A stretch of DNA of 50,517 nucleotides from a bacterium (GCA_040756235.1 JBFLZG010000133.1:1-50517); one strand, 5' to 3'. Counted from the stretch's first letter, positions 38,220 to 47,093 are shown. Notes: generated from the sequence alone by a model not told the origin. Program-made: numbers and translations.

Positions 38220-40182
38220 AATCTTCCCCTATGGCAGCCAGCACCGAAAGGATCTGCCCGTCCTTGAACGACTTGTGCTGCGCGGCGCCCGACAGGCAGA
38301 CGGAAGCGCAGACGCCGCACCCCTTGCAGAGGACCTCGTTGACGGAAGCCACTTCCACGATGCGGCCGGCCCGCTTGATCTGCTTGAGCGAGATCGCGTC
38401 GTAGGGGCAGGCGTCCAGGCAGAAGCGGCAGCCGCGGCAGACGTCCTCGCGGATCGAGGACACGATCGCCTCGGTCGTGACCTTGCCGCGCGACAGGGGG
38501 ATGAGCGCCCGGGCGGCCGCGGCGCTCGCCTGGGCCACCGTGTCCGGGATGTCCTTCGGCCCTTGGCAGCAGCCGGCCAGGAAGATGCCCTCGCTCGCCG
38601 TATCCACGGGACGGAGCTTGGGATGGGCCTCCAGGAGGAACTTGTCCGGGGACTGGGAAAGCTTGAGGAGCTCCATGATCTTGCCGGTCTCTTTCCTGGG
38701 CACGATCCCGGTGGCCAGCACCACCAGGTCCGCCTCGACCTCCACGAGCTCGCCGCGGAGCGTGTCCTCCGACTTGACGACCAGACGCCCGCCCTTGCGG
38801 TAGACCTCGGCCGGGTTCCCGCGGCGGTAGGTCACGCCCTCCATCTTCACCCGATCGTAAAACTCCTCGAACCCTTTTCCGAAGGCCCTGACGTCCATGT
38901 AGAAGACGGTGATGTTGGCGCCGGGGACCTTCTCCCGCACCAGGTGCGCCTGCTTGGCCGTGTACATGCAGCAGACGCGGGAGCAATACTCGTTGCCCAC
39001 GGTCTTGTCCCGGGAGCCGACGCACTGGATGAAAACGATGTCCTTGGGCCTCTTGCCGTTGATCAGGATCTCCCCGGTCGTGGGGCCCGAAGCGTTGGAC
39101 AGCCGCTCGAACTCCAGGCCGGTGATCACGTTCTCATAAAGGTGGTAGCCGTACTCGGGCTTGAGGGCGGGGTCGAAGGTGTCGTAGCCGGTCGCGACCA
39201 CGATCGTCCCCACCTTCACGTCAACGAGCTCCTCCTTCTGGTTGAAGTCGATCGCGTCGATCCCCTTCTTGCAGACCTCCACGCACTGGGTGCACTCTTT
39301 CGTCTTCAGATAGCGGCAGCTCTCCGGGTCCACGACGTAGCAGGCGGGCACCGACTGGGGGAACGGAATATAGATGGCCTTGCGCTTCGAGAGGCCGAGG
39401 TTGAAGGGATCGGAGGACTCGACCGAGCAGTACTGCACGCACTGCCCGCAGGCGCTGCACTTCTCCTCGTCCACGTAGCGGGGCTTCTTCCTGATGGTCA
39501 CATCGAAGTTCCCCACGAACCCCTTGACGCCGACCACCTCCGAGTAGGACAGGAGCTTGATGTTCGGGTGCCTCCCCACGTCGGCCATCTTGGGCGTCAT
39601 GATGCAGGCCGAGCAGTCGAGGGTGGGGAAGGTCTTGTCGAGCTGGATCATGTGCCCGCCGATGCTCGGCTCCTTCTCCACCAGGTAGACCTGATAGCCC
39701 GCATCGGCGATGTCGAGCGCGGACTGGATCCCGGCGATCCCGCCGCCGATGACCAAAGCCGCCCGGACGACGTCGACCTGCTTCTCTTCCAGGGGCTCCA
39801 GCAGGGCCGCCTTGTGGACCGCGGCCGCCACCAGCTTCTGCGCCTTCTTGGTCGCCTTCATCTTGTCATCGTGCACCCAGGAGCAGTGCTCCCGGATGTT
39901 GGCGATCTCGAGGCAGTAAGGATTCAGGCCGACGCTCTTCATCATGTTGCGGAAGGTGATCTCGTGCATCCTGGGGGAACAGGCGGCCACCACGATCCGG
40001 TCCAGGCCGTGCTCCTCGATGTCCTTCTTGATCATCTGCTGGCCCGGCGCGGAGCACATGTACAGATACTCCTTGGCCACGCGCACGTGGGGGAGCTCGC
40101 CGGCGAACTTGGCCAGCTTCTGGACGTTCACCATCGCCTTGATGTTGACACCACAGTGGCAGATGTAAACCCCTATTTTCAT
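38212..40182 (-). CDS. hdrA: Heterodisulfide reductase subunit A-like FAD/Fe-S protein
   Basis: IGVYICHCG, AACSP, NIREHCSW, GGGIAG, KTFPTLDC, QCVGSR, CSRVCC, GCCQGPKDI. Confidence 0.95.
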   Translation of the reverse strand: MKIGVYICHCGVNIKAMVNVQKLAKFAGELPHVRVAKEYLYMCSAPGQQMIKKDIEEHGLDRIVVAACSPRMHEITFRNMMKSVGLNPYCLEIANIREHCSWVHDDKMKATKKAQKLVAAAVHKAALLEPLEEKQVDVVRAALVIGGGIAGIQSALDIADAGYQVYLVEKEPSIGGHMIQLDKTFPTLDCSACIMTPKMADVGRHPNIKLLSYSEVVGVKGFVGNFDVTIRKKPRYVDEEKCSACGQCVQYCSVESSDPFNLGLSKRKAIYIPFPQSVPACYVVDPESCRYLKTKECTQCVEVCKKGIDAIDFNQKEELVDVKVGTIVVATGYDTFDPALKPEYGYHLYENVITGLEFERLSNASGPTTGEILINGKRPKDIVFIQCVGSRDKTVGNEYCSRVCCMYTAKQAHLVREKVPGANITVFYMDVRAFGKGFEEFYDRVKMEGVTYRRGNPAEVYRKGGRLVVKSEDTLRGELVEVEADLVVLATGIVPRKETGKIMELLKLSQSPDKFLLEAHPKLRPVDTASEGIFLAGCCQGPKDIPDTVAQASAAAARALIPLSRGKVTTEAIVSSIREDVCRGCRFCLDACPYDAISLKQIKRAGRIVEVASVNEVLCKGCGVCASVCLSGAAQHKSFKDGQILSVLAAIGEDYA

Positions 40183-40241
40183 CTTCTCTTTCCCAGCCCG
40201 CTCTGATCTGGTTCTACGAGTCCGTCCAGGAATTCAGCCCG

Positions 40242-40400
40242 GAGGCTGTTCAGAAATGTCCCGATGCAAGGCGCGAAGTCCCGAGGAATGAGGCGTACCA
40301 GGGGAGTCACCGTGGACCCCGGCCTGCGCCGGGGCAGGCTCCCCTCGCCACACCTTCCCGACGAGCGCAACGCAGCAGATGGGCATTTATGGACAGCCTC
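40242..40400. mobile_element. MITE family B copy overlapping the 3' end of the BamD/HdrD-like gene
   Basis: TIRs GAGGCTGTTCAGAAATG/CATTTATGGACAGCCTC; nested CCCCGGCCTGCGCCGGGG hairpin. Confidence 0.85.
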
Positions 40401-41532
40401 CCAGGACCTGGCCGACGATTTCCGAGATATCCATCACCTGCAGCTTCTCCTCGTGCCCTCCGCTCTTGACGGCATCCTCCAGGGTCAGGAGGCAGAAGGG
40501 GCAGGCGACCGCGATCACGTCCACGCCCAGCTCGAGCGCTTCCTTCACGCGGACGTTGGCGGTCTTCTCCCCGGCGTCGAACGCCTCGATCCACATCCGG
40601 CCGCCGCCTCCCTCGCAGCAGAGGCTCCGCTCCCGGCAGCGGTCGAACTCGACGTAGGTCAGGCCCGGGACGGCCTGGAGCACCCTGCGGGGCTCATCGA
40701 AGATCTTGTTCTGCTTTCCGAGGAAGCACGGGTCGTGGTAGGCGACTTTCCTGGCGAACTGGCCTGTGAAGGTGATGCGGTTCTCGGCAAGGAGCCCGTC
40801 GAGAACCTGAGTATAGTGCTTCACCTCCGCCGTGAGGCCGGAGTAATCGTTCTTGAACGTGTTGTAGCAGTGGGGTGAGGTCACGACGATCTCTTTGACG
40901 CCGCTCTGGTTGAAGCTCTCCTTGTTGGTCTCCATGAGGGCTTCGAAATTCCAGATGTCCCCGAGCCTCTTGATCTCGTTGCCGCAGCAGACTTCGTCGG
41001 CACCCAGGGTCCCAAAGCTCACCCCTCCCCGCTCGAAGGCCTTCGCGAGCGCCTTGGGAATCTTCTGAAGCCTGGGGTCCAGCGCCGGTGTACAGCAGAC
41101 GAAGTACAGGACCTCGGCCTCTGCGGCGCTCTTGATCCCGAGCCCTTCCATCCATTCCTTCCGGGAGTCGCCCACCATGTTCCAGGGGTTCTTCCGGAGG
41201 TCGATGCTCTTCAGTACGTCCCGTACTTTCGAGGGCACCTCGCCGTCTTCCACGAGCACGCTCCGGAGATTGAAGACCATGTCCATCGGGCTGACGCCCT
41301 TGGGGCAACGGCTCTTGCAGGTGCCGCAGGCCGAGCAGTTCCAGAGAACGTCTCGCCCGTGAGCGACCTCTTCGCCCTTGGTGACCAGGACGTCGTTGAG
41401 AACGCGCCTGATGTTGAAGGTCGGTGAGACCAGCGAGATCGGGCACCCCCCCATGCATTTCCCGCACTGGATGCAGGGGAAGAGGCCTTCCCGGCTGATC
41501 GTGACCAATCGTTCCCACGCTTCCTCTGACAT
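40387..41532 (-). CDS. HdrD/BamD-like Fe-S protein (2x4Fe-4S plus two CCG domains)
   Basis: CIQCGKCMGGCP, CSACGTCKSRCP, EVCCG, SPHC, YHDPC, CCEGGG, ACPFC; start ATG 41532. Confidence 0.88.
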   Translation of the reverse strand: MSEEAWERLVTISREGLFPCIQCGKCMGGCPISLVSPTFNIRRVLNDVLVTKGEEVAHGRDVLWNCSACGTCKSRCPKGVSPMDMVFNLRSVLVEDGEVPSKVRDVLKSIDLRKNPWNMVGDSRKEWMEGLGIKSAAEAEVLYFVCCTPALDPRLQKIPKALAKAFERGGVSFGTLGADEVCCGNEIKRLGDIWNFEALMETNKESFNQSGVKEIVVTSPHCYNTFKNDYSGLTAEVKHYTQVLDGLLAENRITFTGQFARKVAYHDPCFLGKQNKIFDEPRRVLQAVPGLTYVEFDRCRERSLCCEGGGGRMWIEAFDAGEKTANVRVKEALELGVDVIAVACPFCLLTLEDAVKSGGHEEKLQVMDISEIVGQVLGGCP

Positions 41533-41882
41533 GGAATCAAGCCTTTCTTGAGTCTGTCGATCCACGACGCTGACGCTGGACGACGTTCGGCGCCGAGCTG
41601 ATGGCGGGCAAACAGCAGGGGAAGCCTTCAGCCGGGCTGGCTGCAGACCGGAGGAGATTTCCTTCGAAGCAGCCCCTGGGCTCCGCACCCGCCCCTCGCC
41701 TGCCACGCACTCTGCTGTCCAGGGGGACATCATCCCCGCCGGCACCGGGGATCCGTCTGCCGGTGCCGCCGGGACTTCCTCTCATGCTGCCCGATCGGAC
41801 AGGACCGGACGGGCCGGGCCTGCCTCACGTGGCAGGCCCGGAACCAAGGCGATCGTGCCCGCGAAACCGGCCACGCCCGAGC

Positions 41883-42263
41883 CTACAGCTCGATGACCGT
41901 CAGAGCTCCGGCCTTGCACGCCTTGACGCAGTGCGGATCCGGGGGGTCCCCGCAGAAATCGCATTTCAGGGCGATGCCGGTGTCCGGCTCGATGAACCAG
42001 GTCCTCGAAGGGCAGGCTGCCCGGCAGAGGATGCACTCGTCGTATTCGTTGCCCTGGATGACCACGTCATACTTCGACGTGCACTCGGCCGAGGCGGATG
42101 GGCCCGAGATGACAGGGTGATACTTCTGCTCTTCGTCGTTCATGAAGACGCGTATCCGGGACTTCTTCGGGTTCACCTCGTTTTCATAATGCATGATGGA
42201 GCAGGCTGTTTCGCAATCACGGCATCCGGTGCACTTGATATGCTCTATCCTCAATCTCTTCAT
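41883..42263 (-). CDS. BamC-like 4Fe-4S ferredoxin subunit
   Basis: CTGCRDCETACS..NPKKSRIRV..EC..GNEYDECILCRAACPSR..EPDTGIALKCDFC..CVKAC; strong RBS. Confidence 0.85.
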   Translation of the reverse strand: MKRLRIEHIKCTGCRDCETACSIMHYENEVNPKKSRIRVFMNDEEQKYHPVISGPSASAECTSKYDVVIQGNEYDECILCRAACPSRTWFIEPDTGIALKCDFCGDPPDPHCVKACKAGALTVIEL

Positions 42264-42303
42264 CGCTCCTCTCCTTTCCTGACCCCATGATGGCACAACC
42301 GAA

Positions 42304-42319
42304 AGCAAACTAAGCGCCA
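42304..42319 (-). promoter_or_regulatory. Putative sigma54 (-24/-12) promoter
   Basis: TGGCGCTTAGTTTGCT (GG-N10-GC), 40 bp upstream of the BamC-like ATG. Confidence 0.6.
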
Positions 42320-42339
42320 GTCCAAGAATCCCGCTCTTG

Positions 42340-42511
42340 GAGGCTGTTCAGAAATGTCCAGATGCAAGGCGCACGAATCCTGAGTCCTGTTCCGAGGAGT
42401 CCGAGCGACGAGGAAACTCCTGGTTACCCCTGACCGCCGCAGCAGGGTGTCGAGGGATTGCTGCGCTTCGCTCGCAACAGGCTCCGCAGATGGGCATTTA
42501 TGGACAGCCTC
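42340..42511. mobile_element. MITE family B copy abutting the moaD stop, with different internal cargo
   Basis: Same TIRs as 40242-40400; interior is a family-D-like hairpin. Confidence 0.85.
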
Positions 42512-42766
42512 CTAACCACCGCCGGCCGGCGGGAACACAGCCACGATATCCCCGTCGTTCAGCTTCAGCTCGTTCACCGTGTCGCTGACCCCTTGAGAGA
42601 TGCCGTTGACGACCACGAGCTTCGGCTCCGCCAGGGGAATACCGAGCTCACTCAGCAGGTCGGCAAAGGTGGAGCCTTCTCTCAAGGACATCATGACCTT
42701 CCCGTCGGACGCGGTAGGGGGGAGGTAGTCCCGAAATTTCATGAACACCCTGACTTCGATATTCAT
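42512..42766 (-). CDS. moaD: MoaD/ThiS family sulfur carrier
   Basis: VVVNG..LNDGDIVAVFPPAGGG with C-terminal GG; 84 aa. Confidence 0.9.
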   Translation of the reverse strand: MNIEVRVFMKFRDYLPPTASDGKVMMSLREGSTFADLLSELGIPLAEPKLVVVNGISQGVSDTVNELKLNDGDIVAVFPPAGGG

Positions 42767-42821
42767 GCGGTACGGCCTCCTTCTCCCTTCGTTCACCCAT
42801 GGCCGGGCGAACACCGGTCTT

Positions 42822-44660
42822 TCAACCCAGGCTGAGCTCTTTCAGTTTTCCGTCGGTCGGGACTCCGTTCTTGTCCCACCCTCTCAAGGTATAGTACTCC
42901 GGGAGCATCTCGTTCAGCCTGCACACGTCTCCTCTTGGTCCGCCGGGCTCTTCCAGCAGCCTCTTGGGAAGCGTGTCGTCCGCCTTGGTGAGCCCGGCCT
43001 TGAGATTGAACACCCTCTCCAGGTTCCAGATCCGCTGACCGATCACGGCGAACTCCTCGGCCGTGTACTTTGCGCCGGTGGCCCCGTTGACGAGAGCCAC
43101 AACATCGTCCGGCGCGAAGCCCGGGGCCAGGGAGACGAACAGGCAGAGCCCCGAGGCATCGATGACCGCCGTGCCGTCCTGCAGCGTGATGATCAGCCCC
43201 GCCTTGCCTTCGGTTACCATGGGGTCGGTCTTGAAGGGGATCCCCACGATCTCCGGAGCTGGCGCATACCCTCTGACGTGACAGGCCCCGCGGTTGGCCG
43301 TGGCGTACTGCAGACCCATGGACTGCATGCCCCGCGGGTCGTAAGCAGGGGCTTCGAGCTTCTTCACGCCCATGAACAGCTCGGAGTGCCCGTACTTCTC
43401 GGCCAGGCGGTAGGCGCCCTCGGCCATGATGTTGCCGATGACTCCTTCCCTCTTGCCCATCTTCTCCGTCAGGAGGACCATCGCTTCGGCGTTGCCGAAG
43501 TTGGCCTTGATCCCGCCCATATCTTTTTCGGGAATATGTCCTTTCTCGTACAACTCCATGGCGCACGCGACCGTGCTCGCGGCCGAGATGGTGTCCAGGC
43601 CAAGCTCGTTGCAGATGTAGTTGGCCTTGGCCGCCGCCTCGAGGTCGTCGATGCCGCAGTCGGCGCCGAAGAGCTCGACGGTCTCGTATTCAGGCCCTTC
43701 GCCCCTGGCCTTGGCACCGGGCCAGTCTCTCCACTTCGGGTTCTTGAGCTCGGTCAGCCGGCCGCAGGCCACCGGGCAGGCGAAACATCCCTTCTTGCGC
43801 ACCAGGATCGTGGCCGCCATCGTCTCGCCGCTGATCTTGTCGGCGGTCTCCATGTGGCATTTCTGCCAGTTGTTCGTCGGGAGCGCGAACGACTGGTTGA
43901 TCGGGTTGACCAGGGAGGCGGTGCCGAATGCGGGAAGCCCTTCGGCGGTCAGGGCGCCGGCTCTCAGGGTGTCCCGGGCGTGCTTGACGGCCGCCTGGAA
44001 GGCTTCCTTGCTCGCGAGCTTGATCTTGCCGGTCCCGCGGACGACGACCGCTTTGAGCTTCTTCGAGCCCATGACCGCGCCCACGCCCGACCTTCCGGCG
44101 GCCCGGTGTTTGTCATTGATGATGCAGGCGATCCTGGAGAGCTTCTCTCCGGCCGGACCGATGCAGGCCACGTGAGTCTCTTTGGCGATCCAGGGGTTTT
44201 CGATTCCGGCCCGGATCATGTCCTCGGTGTCGTGCGTGCTCTTGCCCCAGAGTTGGCCGGCAGGCTTGAGCTCCACCTCGTCGTCTTTGATCCACAACAT
44301 GACCGGCTCGTCCGAGGCGCCTTCGAAGATGATGCCGTCGTAGCCGGCAAACTTCAGCTCAGGTCCGAAGTACCCGCCCGAGCTGCTGCACGCGATCGCG
44401 TTGTTCAGGGGGGACTTGGTGATGACCGAATACCTCGAGCCGCAGGGGGCTCCCGTGCCGGTCAAGGGGCCGGTCATGAAGATGAGTTTGTTATCAGGAC
44501 CGAGCGGATCTACCTGCGGATCCACTTCGTCGGACAGGATCTTGGAGCCGAGTCCCCGGCAGCCCAGGTACTCCCTGGCATACTCGAACTCCAGATCGTC
44601 GACCCCGATGTCCCCTTCGGTCAGATTCACCCTGAGGATCTTGCCCATCCAGCCTTCCAT
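42822..44660 (-). CDS. aor: Tungsten-type aldehyde:ferredoxin oxidoreductase
   Basis: GKILRVNL, TKSPL, IGPAGE, RAAGRSGVGAVMGSKKLKA, CFACPVAC, EGPEYET, GLDTIS, RGACH, GLC; GGAGG RBS. Confidence 0.95.
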   Translation of the reverse strand: MEGWMGKILRVNLTEGDIGVDDLEFEYAREYLGCRGLGSKILSDEVDPQVDPLGPDNKLIFMTGPLTGTGAPCGSRYSVITKSPLNNAIACSSSGGYFGPELKFAGYDGIIFEGASDEPVMLWIKDDEVELKPAGQLWGKSTHDTEDMIRAGIENPWIAKETHVACIGPAGEKLSRIACIINDKHRAAGRSGVGAVMGSKKLKAVVVRGTGKIKLASKEAFQAAVKHARDTLRAGALTAEGLPAFGTASLVNPINQSFALPTNNWQKCHMETADKISGETMAATILVRKKGCFACPVACGRLTELKNPKWRDWPGAKARGEGPEYETVELFGADCGIDDLEAAAKANYICNELGLDTISAASTVACAMELYEKGHIPEKDMGGIKANFGNAEAMVLLTEKMGKREGVIGNIMAEGAYRLAEKYGHSELFMGVKKLEAPAYDPRGMQSMGLQYATANRGACHVRGYAPAPEIVGIPFKTDPMVTEGKAGLIITLQDGTAVIDASGLCLFVSLAPGFAPDDVVALVNGATGAKYTAEEFAVIGQRIWNLERVFNLKAGLTKADDTLPKRLLEEPGGPRGDVCRLNEMLPEYYTLRGWDKNGVPTDGKLKELSLG

Positions 44661-44989
44661 ATTCGGCCTCCTTTGGTGTGATGGGTGACTGTGAAAATCA
44701 CGGCCCGCTCGGGCAGACCCGGAATGGACCCCTGTGTGCAACGCCCGGGCTTGCCCGCCCCCCTTGGGGAAAAGCGAAAAAGAGCGTCACGGCTGAGTCT
44801 GTCTGGAGCCAATTTATCGTTCTGATTCAGGGCAAAAGGAAAAGAACAATTCTAAAAATCTTCTGCAAAAGGAGGTTTGGGATCGGAGAGGTGCCATCCA
44901 TTATTGTAGAATCCAGAGAACCTGTCAAGGGCTTTCGAGGGTCTTGGGAAGGTCCGTTCCCCAGGAGCCGGTGAAGTAACTAGTTCCGC

Positions 44990-45150
44990 AGGCTGTTCAA
45001 CAATGCTCAGATGCAAGGCAGGCGAAGTTCTGAAGAATGAGGCGCACCCCTGGGGGTCACAGGGGGACCCCGGCCTGGGCCGGGGCAGGCTCCCCCCAGC
45101 CTCGATGTCCCCGAGCCGAACGCCGCAGATGGGCATTTATGGACAGCCTC
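44990..45150. mobile_element. MITE family B copy abutting the radical SAM gene stop
   Basis: AGGCTGTTCAACAATG..GATGCAAGGC...GCAGATGGGCATTTATGGACAGCCTC. Confidence 0.85.
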
Positions 45151-46470
45151 CTAAGGGCACTGGAGGACCCCCCGACTCCAAAGGCAATCCCCACAGGGCT
45201 GCTCGCACATGTTGCAGTCGCACAGGAAATCCCCTTCCGGCGCCACGTACCCGCATCCGTCGGACAATCCGCAGTCCCCGCAAGGGGAGAAAGGAAACTC
45301 AGCCACTTTTTCCCTGAAGTCGCTGTAGACGCAGGACCTCCATACGGCGTCCAGCCCTTCCTCCGGGAGCTTGCCGAAGCTCACGCTCTGCACGGTCTTC
45401 GGGCGGCCGTTGTGGAAGCAGCCGTATTCATGGGAGAGCTGGTTGCACGGCCTGACCCAGCCGTCCCAGGTCACGAAGCAGGTCTCGTTCCGGACGAAGT
45501 CGCACTCCCTCTTGGCCCTGGGAATCAGAAGAGGAAGGTGAAGCTCGATCCCGGCGCCGGCTGCGATTTCCTGCGCCCTCCTGAAAATGTCGGAAGATCG
45601 GACGACCTGTGAGGCGTCCCTCTCCAGGAACTTGAGCATCGTCTCCTGAATGCCTCCCATGGAGATGTTCACGGAAGACAACTCCTTTGCCAGCCTGAGG
45701 ACCAGATCCTTCCCGGGGAGAGGTACGCTGCCGGACGAAGAAGCCCCGGAGCCCTGCAGTGAGAACAGGCCGCCCACGAGGGCCCGGAGGTTGCCGTCAT
45801 TTACCCCCAGATTACGAAGAGCTTCGAGTGCGGTGCTGAAGAGACTCATGACATGGTCGGAGTGCCTCTCGTAGAGAACCTCGCCTGCCATCTGCTCCGT
45901 GTAGGGCAGCAGGTTGTTGACCCAGACAGCCCTCGCCCGGTGCTCGGCGGCGAACCGCACCAGATCGGGCAGCTCCCTGACGTTTCTCTCCATCACGACC
46001 GTGGAAATACCGACGGAAAAGGAGGTCCCGGGCGCCCTCTCCCGGGCCGCCGCCAGCTCGTCGAGGCACCGCGTGACGGTGCTCAGTGAAGCCCCGCCCC
46101 GGATCCACTGGAACGCATCCGGGTCGAGGCTGTCCATGGAAAGGGTGATCCCGTCGAGCCCTGCCTCGACCGCGTCCCGGACGGTCTCGGTATCCAGGAG
46201 CGTGCCGTTGCTCGTGAGATAGATCCGGGTGCGGGCCGGAAGGGAGCCCCGGGCCAGACGAATCATCTCGATGAGGCCGGGGTGGAGAAAGGGCTCGCCG
46301 TATCCGGTCAGGTTGAGGGACTCCAGTGCGGCCGAACATTCGAGGAGGGACCGGAAGGTATTCGGGTCCATGTCGCCTTCGGCATCTTTCCAGGAGTGCC
46401 GCAGGCACATCGGGCAAGAGAGATTACAGCGGGAAGTCACTTCGACGATCAGATTCTTCATATCCGACAT
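45151..46470 (-). CDS. Radical SAM/SPASM protein resembling tungsten-oxidoreductase-associated maturases
   Basis: CNLSCPMC, GYGEPF, WDGWVRPC, Cys-rich C-terminus PCGDCLWSRGVLQCP; directly upstream of aor. Confidence 0.85.
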   Translation of the reverse strand: MSDMKNLIVEVTSRCNLSCPMCLRHSWKDAEGDMDPNTFRSLLECSAALESLNLTGYGEPFLHPGLIEMIRLARGSLPARTRIYLTSNGTLLDTETVRDAVEAGLDGITLSMDSLDPDAFQWIRGGASLSTVTRCLDELAAARERAPGTSFSVGISTVVMERNVRELPDLVRFAAEHRARAVWVNNLLPYTEQMAGEVLYERHSDHVMSLFSTALEALRNLGVNDGNLRALVGGLFSLQGSGASSSGSVPLPGKDLVLRLAKELSSVNISMGGIQETMLKFLERDASQVVRSSDIFRRAQEIAAGAGIELHLPLLIPRAKRECDFVRNETCFVTWDGWVRPCNQLSHEYGCFHNGRPKTVQSVSFGKLPEEGLDAVWRSCVYSDFREKVAEFPFSPCGDCGLSDGCGYVAPEGDFLCDCNMCEQPCGDCLWSRGVLQCP

Positions 46471-46603
46471 CTCCTTCCCGGAGCGAAGCCGCCCCGGGTC
46501 CAGGATCCGCCCTGACTTGGCGTATTTCCTTGACATAAGTCAAATACCAGAAACCAGGCAGCAGTCCAAGACCACCACCGCTCCCGGTCCTTGCCTCTGT
46601 CCC

Positions 46604-46810
46604 GTCATCCCGGCCCATGTGCGGAGCGCGTGTGAGCCGGGATCCAGAAGGGTGCACCAAGACCAGCTGTGGTAACTGGGCGCAGGGACTGGATTCCGGC
46701 CTGCGCCGGAATGACGGAGTGTGCGTACCGCGCCTGTCATGTCGCCGCGCCGCAAGCTCCTCCCGGATGACTGGCTGGATAAGGATCTGACCGCGTTACG
46801 ACACAGCCTC
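46604..46810. mobile_element. MITE family A, copy 3 (left TIR missing)
   Basis: Core nearly identical to 12396-12507; right end GACACAGCCTC followed by CTCC-GCCGGAATGAC (loop plus right arm of a host hairpin). Confidence 0.75.
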
Positions 46811-46965
46811 CTCCGCCGGAATGACGGAGCGAGTCCTGCCGTGAGCCCCGAGGCTGCCGGAGCGGGGGTTGAGTTTACCCGGCTTTCGTGCAGAATCGAA
46901 GGGCGCTGCGACTTCGGAGCAATGATCATGCTCGAGGAAGCACCCCCGAGGAATGCAGACCGGGG

Positions 46966-47093
46966 CGTCGTCCCCGACCAGGGCCGCATGGAGCGGGGAG
47001 CAAGGACAGGAAGTGTTGCGGACATTGCGAGGGAGCCGCAGGCGACCGAAGCAACCCCCAGGCCCGGGAGGTTGCTTCGCTGCGCTCGCAATC
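46966..47093 (+). repeat. Family-D palindromic repeat
   Basis: CGGACATTGCGAGGGAGCCGCAGGCGACCGAAGCAACC..GGTTGCTTCG..CTCGCAAT; homologous to 52-178. Confidence 0.78.

Noticed and set aside
37803..40182. Selenocysteine recoding in MvhD or HdrA
   Set aside because: The positions that are often Sec are Cys codons and both ORFs are uninterrupted.
42291..42307. Plus-strand sigma54 site TGGCAC..GCA
   Set aside because: GG-to-GC spacing is 11 rather than 10 and no plus-strand gene follows.
42822..44660. Calling the W enzyme BamB (class II benzoyl-CoA reductase)
   Set aside because: Its motifs are those of canonical AOR, and there are no bamGHI or aromatic-degradation genes in the cluster.
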